A DNA stretch of 64,000 nucleotides, taken from the human T2T-CHM13v2.0 reference genome, Homo sapiens. Position 1 is the stretch's first letter. The number at the start of each line of letters is the position of its first letter. Both the position numbers and the translations under genes were made by a program. The stretch lies in assembly GCF_009914755.1 (NCBI RefSeq), contig NC_060944.1. One strand, written 5' to 3'. The notes under the pieces were generated by a model, which was not told the origin of the DNA, did not search any database, and worked only from the letters and a program-made list of their open reading frames with translations. Positions 52,891-64,000 of this stretch are shown here, one piece after another.

Positions 52891-54989
52891 GGAAATTTGC
52901 AAAAGATCTACCTGCCTGCTTATAATAAAAAATCCATGAGAGCAGGCATCGTCCTTGTATCTCTGTATCCTTTAAAGTGCCTGTGCCTTCGGTGCAGATT
53001 GCCACTGATAACTGTTTATTCAATTGAGTGAACAGGACTTTCCTACATTGGACTGTGAGTTATCCCACAAATGGAAAGTAAATTAAACATCAAGGTGCTT
53101 TGTACAGATAATGAACACTAGCATTAACTAACACAAAACCAAAACCCCATTAAGTTTTCTTTAAATTAGTCTGATAGTTGAGGCCAAAATGCATTCTGAC
53201 ATGAAATAGCACGGATTGCTTTTAGATCTCTCATAATGCACACCTTTTAGTTGTATGGTTCCTAGTAAACATGCAGGTGTATTTTTGTTGTTGAGATCAT
53301 TTAAGTTTTGCCTGGTAAATGTCCTAATCTTTGTATTCTCCAAGGCATCCGTGTGAAACCCAGGGCCATCCTAAGCAATATGAGATATCTGGCTACATTC
53401 TGATAGCTTTATTTTCCACCGTAACTAATTCCAATTTACTTGCCAACAACTTCAGACATCAGCTGGAGGGGAAAAGAGGATTTAGGGGTGGAGATGTATT
53501 TTAAATAATATTTAATAAGATTTGTTTTTGTAATTGGAAAATAAAGAGCATTTCTCTGGGGATATGCCTATGTTGCAGAAGAACTGGCTCAGGACACGTT
53601 TTGTAAATGGCTCTCCTTTCTGTGGCCATTCAATTCAAAGGTTTTGGGGTAAAATCTATGGAAGGAAATTCACGCAGGAAAGAGGGTGGAGATGGAAAAA
53701 AAAAGTTCATGCTTAAGTCACAGTCTATGGATAAGAAAGAATTTGAATATTAATGCATAACCTTGAGAATTAAATGCTCTGTCCAGCAACCTTACAAGCT
53801 GACAGCTGGCTGGGGGCTGATAAGGAACACTGGGTGGGGGGTAGGTTCTGGGAGGGACTAGTTCCCAGAGCAGGCTCTCATCCCTGGCTGGCATTAGAAA
53901 GAATTACAAAGCATGATTCAGAATCTAATTTTGTCAGCTGGTGATTGGCTCCCACGAGGCTCTGGCCTCACAATGCGTTGTATTAAGTAATGGGAATTGG
54001 GCTGTGCTCTTGTTCTCTGCTTCATGCCTGCCACCCTACTCTCCTTCACAGTGCTTCCCATGTCTCCTGCGTATACTTAGGTGTGCTTGCTTGCATCCGC
54101 ATTCCAAAAGGCATTTCTAAATACCTTCACAATACACAGATGCTAACCACACAGAAGGATGCCAACACCACATTGTTTCTTTGTATTTAAATTTATTTTA
54201 GTCTTGGGCTGCATTGAACAAATCAACAACACCTTGTTAGGATAGGCAAAACCCAGATAAGAAAATACACAGTTTAAATTAAACCTCTCCATTTGCCAAC
54301 CCCTATTTAGTGGCTCAGTGCAAGAGAAGCTTGTAGCATGGGTAAAAGAGTCAGCCTCCATGCAAAAATATCAAATAAACACATGGTGTGGTGTGAGACA
54401 TCATTGGGTTTCTGTCTGCTTCAAAGAAACAGCATTGAATGAAAATGGACTCTACAACTTGTTTTTCTTTTGTAGCCAAATGTCTGATACCTGTCAAAAC
54501 GTCTGTTTATCCTTTATGATATGACTTATATCACCAGTGATGAAACTCATTTTAAAGGTAGTAATTTGCACAATTACAAAAGGTGGCGTTATGTGTTCAG
54601 AGGACATATAATACGGGTTTTGTTATTCTCTTATGTAACTGGACAGGAGTTAGTTTATCAAAGAGTTATGTAACAGGATCATTTTCCATTCATTTTAAGA
54701 CTTCAAGAACTTCGTTACTCTCTCTGGGTTCCAGAACATACAAAAATTATAATTAATGGGCAAAGGTAATATGTTCAGTGGACAGAATATTTTCAGTTTA
54801 TGAAACATTTCTAAGAATGTTTTTTTCCTCAAAATTAAATCACAGGATTCTTTCCCTCATTCTGAAACAATTTTCCTAAAATAAATTTGAGACCCCCCCA
54901 ATAAAAAATTGAACGATTTTAGTTTCATGCTGTCCTTTTCTTATCTTCAGGCTATGCTTGTTTCAGATAGAACAGCCAGCCCCTTGTTG

Positions 54990-55120
54990 AAGAAAAAGGG
55001 CCTTTACAGGATATCAGAAGACCTTAATTCTATTTTTGCTCTGGCATGAACTAGCCATGGCCATGTAAGTCACTTTCTGGACCAATTTCCTCGTTTGTAA
55101 GGTTGAGGGAATTGACTAGG
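54990..55120 (+). mobile_element. MIR/MIR3 fragment
   Basis: AAGTCACTTTCTGGACCAATTTCCTCGTTTGTAAGGTTGAGGGAATTGACTAG. Confidence 0.6.
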
Positions 55121-55205
55121 TCAGAAGACAAACACTCTTGGCTGGCAAGCAACTTCCAGATGTGTTTCCTATGGCAAGTTGAGTTTCTTTAAAATCTATA
55201 TTTAA

Positions 55206-55527
<322 letters not shown>

Positions 55528-55610
55528 TTAAATAGGCATGCCTTTCTCAGTTTGCCACAGCCCTCACCACTCCTTATTACCTTGTTTTTATGAATGTATG
55601 CATGCATTTG

Positions 55611-56118
55611 TGTATCAGTTGGCTTTTTCCATGTAACAAATAACTGCAAAACATAATGTCTTACATTTATACGGATTAAACTAGGCTTAATGGCTAAAGC
55701 ACAGCTATTTACTTAGCTCAACATTCTAGGGTCAGTAATTTGATGGTTTTAGTTAGGCAATTCTGTTGGTCTTGCCTGGTCTCATTTACTCATCTTGGAT
55801 CAACTGCCATTTAGTAAGGTGTCTCTGCTTGTGGGTATTGATTGCCTGTCACCTGGGGTAATAGATATTTCTGAGCCAAATCATTCAGCAAGCTAACTTG
55901 AACTTCATATGGCAGCTTCTGTGTTGCAAGGGTGCAGGAACACAAGTTGAAAGGCCCGTTGGGTCCTAGGCTTGGCACTGATTCATTGTCATTTCTGTTG
56001 TATTCTATTATTCAAAGCAAGTGACAGGGATAACTCAGATTCAAGCAGTGGAGGAAAATACTCCATCTCTTGAAGAGAAAAGCTGCAAAATGTTTTGGCT
56101 ATTTTTACAATTGCTACA
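55611..56118 (-). mobile_element. MLT1G/H-like MaLR solo LTR
   Basis: TGTATCAGTTGGCTTTTTCCATGTAACAAATAACTGCAAAAC...CAAAGCAAGTGACAGGGATAACTCAGATTCAAG...CTCCATCTCTTGAAGAGAAAAGCTGCAAA. Confidence 0.85.
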
Positions 56119-57794
56119 ACCTGTTTGCAAGCATTTCATCTTGCAAACTGTGGATTACATGGCCTTCAATTTATTCCCAGTCTAAAAACAAGGAAAATCA
56201 CAAGCAAAACAAACAAAGTGGATACTCTTTTCTATACCAGAAGCATATTCATAGTGCTCAGCAAGTTGCTTTAAAATAGAATCATTTTAGAACAGTACTG
56301 ACAAGTACATATCCCGTTAAACCACAAGTCCCCAGATGTTTGGGGATTTCTGCCCTTAGTGACCAAACATTTGTGCCACAAACTATTGGCAGTTTCTGAA
56401 CCTGGGTTATGCCCTTGTCATAATATGGAGCCGCTGCTTAGTGATGGCCAACACTGGAGATGGGAATTCTCACTGAGCCAATGTAAGCCTTCAAGTCTGT
56501 CCCTGTATGTCCCTGAAGACGAACGTAATCTGAATCCCTTTTGAGGTTTAGAGTTGTTTCCAGACTCCCTGCATTGACTTTTTCCCAGAATACCCTTAGT
56601 TTGAAATGATCATTTGGGGGAAATTTCTTTTAGACTGGAGAGCTGACTAACCATCTTTCATGCACAGTGTGGTATGAAGGAAAGGCTGTCAAATTATAAA
56701 ATACAAATATAATAAACCCCATTTTTTAAAACATAGACTTGGCATATTATAGGTTCAGTTGAAACCTCTATGTTACAGACCTCTAACTTCTATTACCTCT
56801 ATAACCCCTAAAGCTATAGACATAGATTTATAATGCTGAATATATCCATTAGCTGAGCATGCACTAAGTCCAGAATTCTGCTCTAGGTGCTTTAATGACT
56901 GGAAATACACATGAGAAAATGTTTCTCCTTTCAAAGTGCTTTCAGGCTACCATAATCAACGTAGTCAATCTTGAAGTTGTGAGTCCCAGTGAAAGAATTT
57001 TTCCCGGAATGACTTGAGAACCAATAATAGGTGCTTTCCTGTCTTAAACATTACAACTGTATGTAATAAGTAGGAAAATGACTCACTGCATCACTTTATT
57101 TTACATCTGAGATGGAAGATCTGCATATAGATCTTGAAATACTGTTTTTGTTTCTTTATTTCTTTCTTTCTTTGTTTATTTAGTGAAACAGTACGACAAG
57201 ACACATGGGGAAAGATACCTCAGCTACAGTGTTTAATTAAGAATGCCAAATTTCCAGTTTGAAGTGAAGCATGTTCATTACGCTTGTGGAAAGGAGCTTT
57301 GCATCTACATTTTCATCATCACTTGCATTAGCAGGAAGAAGGAGAGACAATTAAACCCCTTCAAATGTTTGAGCACATGAAGAGACCAGGGAAATTGCTG
57401 ATGCTCTGCAAAAGATAATTTCAGGAAAAAGAAATTTAACAGAAAACAAATAGACAAAGGATATGAGAAACAATATACAGAAAAGTGAATCCAAATGACC
57501 AACAAATGCTTGAAATTTTTTCACACTTTGTAGCAGTCAATGCAAGCACAATAAGATATTACTTTATATCCTGTACACTGTCAACAATTAAGTAACATTA
57601 TCACTGAAGATAGGTATTCACACAAGTAATCTCCAGAGGTGAGATTCAGGAAACTGTGTTTTAACAAACTTTCCAGATGATTCCAATACACACGAAACTT
57701 TGAGAACCACTGCTGTCATATAGGTCTATACATTGCTTCAGGCCTTTTGGAAAGCAAAATGACAAAACCTAATGCATTTTTAAATGTTATAAAA

Positions 57795-58084
57795 GGCCGG
57801 GCGCAGTGGCTCATGCCTGTAATCTCAGCACTTTGGGAGGCCAAGGCGGGCGGATCACAAGGTCAGAAGTTCGAGAGCAGCCTGGCTAACATGGTGAAAC
57901 CCTGTCTTTACCAAAATACAAAAATTAGCTGGGCATGATGACGGGTGCTGGTAATCTCAGCTACTCGGGAGGCTGAGGCAGGAGAATCACTTGAACCCGG
58001 GAGGCGGAGGTTTCAGTGAGCCAAGATCGCACCACTGCACTCCAGTCTGGGCGACAGAGCGAGACTCTGTTAAAAAAAAAAAAA
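57795..58084 (+). mobile_element. Alu (AluSg-type)
   Basis: GGATCACAAGGTCAGAAGTTCGAG (2-nt deletion typical of Sg/Sc/Y); TSD AAATGTTATAAAA / AAAAGTTATAAAA. Confidence 0.95.
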
Positions 58085-58262
58085 GTTATAAAAATAAGAA
58101 TTAGTATATCCAGGATTTCTTATTCTGAAGATTTCTTTCACAGAAAGAACGAGGAAATAAATAAATATGGACAAAAGTGTTTATTCTAGCTTTGTTACAA
58201 AGGCGAAAACAGATGAAGGCAAAACAGAATTGTTGAATGTATCTATTCAATATCAGTAGCAA

Positions 58263-58304
58263 ACACTATGAATTAGTTGTACACTATGAATTAGTTGTAC
58301 ACTA
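58263..58304. repeat. 18-bp tandem repeat x2.3
   Basis: ACACTATGAATTAGTTGT perfect copies. Confidence 0.95.
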
Positions 58305-58895
58305 GGAAAGTTTTCAACAATTATTTTCCCATGGATAATAGCAAGATATACAGAAATCTGTCAGTATGATCTAATTTTGGTAAAACAATAATAAAAACTT
58401 TAACTTCATGATATGTAAGCAGGAGAGAGAGAAAAGACAAAGAAAACAGAAAACAGTTAAGAAGACTGCCTAACATAAAAACAAACAAATAAATAAAAGA
58501 ACAGGAAAAACACTGAGCACAAATGAGTGACTTGTCCACACCATGCAGTTGTTCAGTAATAAAGCTGGAATGCGATGACAAATTCTCTTATTCCAAACTC
58601 ATCTCTATTACTGTGACTCCACATTATGTCTTGTCCAAATGCTGAAAGAGGTGTTCAGTTCTTATCCAATTTCATACTCATTTATAGCACCTGGCTCTTA
58701 GTAGCTACTAAGTAAACATTTGTTTAATGTTTAAAGAATGGAGAGAGGAATAAGCAATTCGAGTATATTTCAGAAGAGCAGGTCCTCCATACTGTGTTCA
58801 TTTTATTCACTGGTTAGGATATTTACCAAAGGTTCCTTTCTGTTGCCTCAGTCCAGTTCAAACAACTGTGCTTGACATTAAAAAATGCTCAAAAA

Positions 58896-59220
<325 letters not shown>

Positions 59221-59229
59221 TCAAAAGCT

Positions 59230-59500
59230 GAGGTTGATCAATGGGTACGTATATACGGTTAGATAAAAGAAATAAGACCTACTATTTGATAGATCATTAT
59301 GGTGACTACAGTTAAGAATAATCTATTGTACATGTCAAAACAGCTAGAAGAAAATATTTTGAATGCTTCTAGTGTAACGAAAAAATATTTAAGGTGAGTA
59401 TATCCCGATTATCCTGATTTGATATTTGTGTATTAAATGAATGCATCAACATATTACCTGTACCCCCAAATATGTATATTTGTTGCATATTAACTTAAAA
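59230..59500 (+). mobile_element. L1MA (3-5-like) 3' end
   Basis: AGGTTGATCAATGGGTAC...GTTAGATAAAAGAAATAAGACCT...GGTGACTACAGTTAAGAATAATCTATTGTACAT. Confidence 0.85.
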
Positions 59501-59559
59501 AGGCTCAAAAGTTAACATCAGTTTTTCGGCCCATGTTTATTTTCTCTCCTTTTTTCACA

Positions 59560-60880
59560 AGTTAACTCCAGTCCAGCTATTTCTGGTCTCACCGAAGCAC
59601 ATTTCTTAACAACCCCTCCAAGCCTTTCACTGAGAACTTCTTTCCCTTCCCTTCTTTGCTCCACCCCATCTGTCTTTCAAGGCCTAGGTTCTTTCCCATC
59701 TCTCCCACAACATTTTCTCTGAACCATTCTTAGTCACATTTTTATATGTTCATGTTGTACTCATTCCTACATTATTAAGCCCCTATGGTCAGGAACTATA
59801 CCCTAAGGTGCTTTGCCCACCCCGTAGGATCTTTTCCAATCCTTTGCACATACTGGGAGTTTAATAAATGTCTATGATTCAAGTTTTTGTTGTATGTCAT
59901 CAAGGATATTTGCCACTTGTCAATGGCAGCCTTCACACTGCTTGTTTTGGTAGTATTTGAAGCCCAGATGTCCAGAATGGAATTAATTACAGTTTCTCCA
60001 TGATCCTGTTTCTCTTTCTGTATTTTCTGTCCCAGTTACTGACACTACTATTAATTCAACTGTCCAAACTGAAAACCTCCCATATTTGATCTCTGGTTAT
60101 TTTTGCCTCCTACATTTAATTGGCTGCTCAGTTTAATTGATTTTTCCACTGCCACACACTGCCAATTAATGTACTACTTTTCTTCTCTTCCCACTGCCAA
60201 TGTCCTGGTTCATGTCCTCATGCTCCCTGTTGCTAGTGAAGTAGATTTCTAACTGATACCTCTCTGTTCTTACTCTCTAATCCTTCCTTCAAAGGGTTAC
60301 TGGAGTTAAAACCTTGCCAAGTCTCATTTTTCTTTCCCCAAGCCAATAAGAATTAAAAAATAAGTGTCATTGTGTGGCATTGTAAACCCTCTCCCATTGG
60401 CTCCCCTTCTAACATTTCTGCCTTATCTTTTCCAAACCCTCCAGACACACAGTGTTAGGAGCTTGGATATATCCTTGACTTTTCTCATGCTATTCTCCCA
60501 ATTTGAAGTGCTTCCCCTTCCTCTCCTCTAAACTCTCTAGTTCCTGTCACATAGGAAACATGACGATGTATTAGATATCACTGCTATAATTACTAAAGGC
60601 TGAATTCAAATGCTTATTTTCTCTGTGAAGTTTGTCTCAATTTTTCCTGTGAATATCAATAGGTCATTTCTCTATTCTCTGTACTTATTAGTAATTTTTC
60701 ATTATAAAACTTTAATTTTTATATTGTAGTTTGCTGTTTAGCTCTCTTCGTCTTCCTACTCAATTATGAGCTCTTTGAGAAGAGAAACCGTGGCAAACTC
60801 ATCTGCATATTCTCACAGCATCTAGCCTGTATATGGTACATAGTAATTGTTTCTTAATTATTTAATGCATGAAAGAGTGA
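59560..60880 (+). mobile_element. L2 fragments (two 3' ends, ~59880 and ~60880)
   Basis: TTATGAGCTCTTTGAGAAGAGAAACCGTG...CAGCATCTAGCCTGTATATGGTACATAGTAA. Confidence 0.65.
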
Positions 60881-60999
60881 ATGTTTTCTCTCATCTACTT
60901 ATGCTGAGGAATTGTTATATTATACTAAATGCTTTACATTGTCCCATTTATTCTCCTCCTTTAGCAATACCAACCAAGCATATGTGTGTGTTTAATATA

Positions 61000-61260
61000 T
61001 GATTTATTTTTTATCATTCATATTTTTATTAGATCTATATATGTACACAGATGAAAACACTTAAAAATGGTAAATAAAGAAAAACACCAGTTTTTCACTC
61101 CTCAGTCTCACTGCCATTTTCAACTCTTTGAATGGTTTCTTCTGCTTTCTAAATTCTGTAGTTCTAAATAATATGTGTATGCTGAAGTTTATTCATCTAA
61201 CAACTGTAGACATTATTACTTGGTTTGAAATTATACTTGGTAGATTAGTATTTAGCTCTG
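61000..61260 (-). mobile_element. HAL1-like fragment
   Basis: CCATTTTCAACTCTTTG...TTCTAAATAATATGTGTATGCTG...TATTTAGCTCT. Confidence 0.5.
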
Positions 61261-61264
61261 TTCA

Positions 61265-61388
61265 GCAGAGCGGACCACGAGAACAACTAACAGGGATTTG
61301 ACTACACAGAACCAGTTGACTCTCAAAGGAATGGAGCCTGACTTGCCCTGTGTTAGCCCCTGACTCTGAACCACTCAGCTAACTGACC
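61265..61388 (-). mobile_element. MamSINE1-like SINE with tRNA-Ile-derived head
   Basis: Minus strand GGTCAGTTAGCTGAGTGGTTCAGAGTCAGGGGCTAACACAGGGCAAGTCAGGCTCCATTCC vs tRNA-Ile GGCCGGTTAGCTCAGTTGGTTAGAGCGTGGTGCTAATAACGCCAAGGTCGCGGGTTCGATCCC. Confidence 0.6.
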
Positions 61389-61513
61389 TCTTAGCTTCAT
61401 CATCATGACCACTGGCCCAGAACTTGCGGTTTTCTATAGAATCCATCAGAGCACTTCATTTTTCTATCAAGCTTTCAATTGATGTCTGTATTAAAACATT
61501 GGCCTAAGATTAA

Positions 61514-62959
<1,446 letters not shown>

Positions 62960-64000
62960 TTAAATGCAATAATTAGCATTAAAACCTTGCAAACACTATA
63001 ATAGTCACTATGTAACTCCATGCATTCACTGGTATGGAGTTTTGGAAAATTCCAGTGTTGTTCTTAGTTCAAACATACATGGAAATACAAAAAAAACTGT
63101 TGACATAAAGTCTGTAGAGCACAGTTCTTCTTTTGAAATTTCTCGGCAAAGCATTTCAGCAATATAATTATCAGGCACAATTAAACAGAAACTCCACAAC
63201 AATGTAGTACATCTTCAAGAGAAGGCTTGTGAAGGTTAGTTTATACTCATCTTTCATCATTGAGGTACATCTTCATGCCTCAAGGAGAAATGGTGTCAAA
63301 CATAACCTGTGTTTGTCCTAGACATGTTAATTTAGCCAGAAGAGGTCAATCAAAGGCTAAAAGATGTCCAAAAAGATTTCTCCTATATGTTGGCCAAGGA
63401 TGCATGACAAAGATAGAGATAAGATAGAGAAAGCAACAGCATGCTTAGTCTAATCCTAGATAGTCTGTGCTTAAGCAAAACCAAACAAGTTTTAATTGTT
63501 AACACACAGAGCCAGGTAATGCTTCATATCACCATGTGAACAGATTATTAACAGTGGGGTTGTCATCAGCAGCATCATTGTTGTGTCTGAGCCATGTATG
63601 TGAAGCCTGTGTGTGACTCAGAGTGATATCATCAGTGTGGGCCAGGGGGTACTGGCAAGGACAAAGGCTGAGTCCAGTAGGGGATCTGCCAAAGAAAGTT
63701 GGCTTTTGAGTCAACATGAATCTCTTCAGGATCTGAACTGGGAAAAGCCCGGAGTGTCTCCATGGCCAAAGCCAAACAAATCAATTTTTGAAGGCCCTGA
63801 GGTCTTTATTAAATAAGGGAACTTGGTATACAAATTTTGAAAGGGGGGAAAAAAGCAATGAAATAAAATAGTACTCCACCTTTCAACATATTTTCAGAAG
63901 TACATTGTTCAGTGAAGCAGTTTCTGGGCTTCTCCACTAGGTATGGTTTCAGAGTGTGATTTTTAAAATCTGGCATGTCTTTGTCTATTACTCTCTTTGT

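Larger units (their letters stand above)
57440..58420 (+). mobile_element. L1ME-type fragment interrupted by MER5 (57625-57712) and an Alu
   Basis: AAATAGACAAAGGATATGAGAAACAATATACAGAAAAGTGAATCCAAATGACCAACAAA. Confidence 0.65.

Noticed and set aside
61315-61388. Functional tRNA-Ile gene
   Set aside because: T-loop/B-box and stems degenerate; continues into a SINE body

Overview
AT-rich, CpG-depleted primate (human-like) intronic or intergenic DNA, roughly half interspersed repeats. I recognise no cellular protein-coding gene. The only convincing ORF is the C-terminal third of an L1 ORF2p (61952-62953, minus); other listed ORFs are Alu/L1 read-throughs or chance. Contents: 11 Alus (J and S types, none clearly AluY); four L1PA/L1PB 3' ends, two with twin-priming 5' inversions; older L1M/HAL1, L2 and MIR; MaLR, LTR16 and ERV1 solo LTRs; hAT MITEs (MER5, MER33, MER102, MER113); a 7SK pseudogene; and a MamSINE1-like tRNA-Ile head. 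The most informative structure is a nested stack at 41.7-51.5 kb: an L2 split by an ancient two-LTR ERVL provirus remnant (LTR33-like LTRs, PBS, PPT, readable integrase) and by two inverted L1s. The provirus itself carries an Alu and a ~95 bp polyadenylated retrocopy. I found no evidence of a new multi-gene system. The best candidates for undescribed features are small: unusual retrotransposition junctions, a recursive-splice-like site, a few exon-like segments and motif clusters. Subfamily names come from remembered consensus sequences, not a database search, and boundaries of old repeats are approximate.
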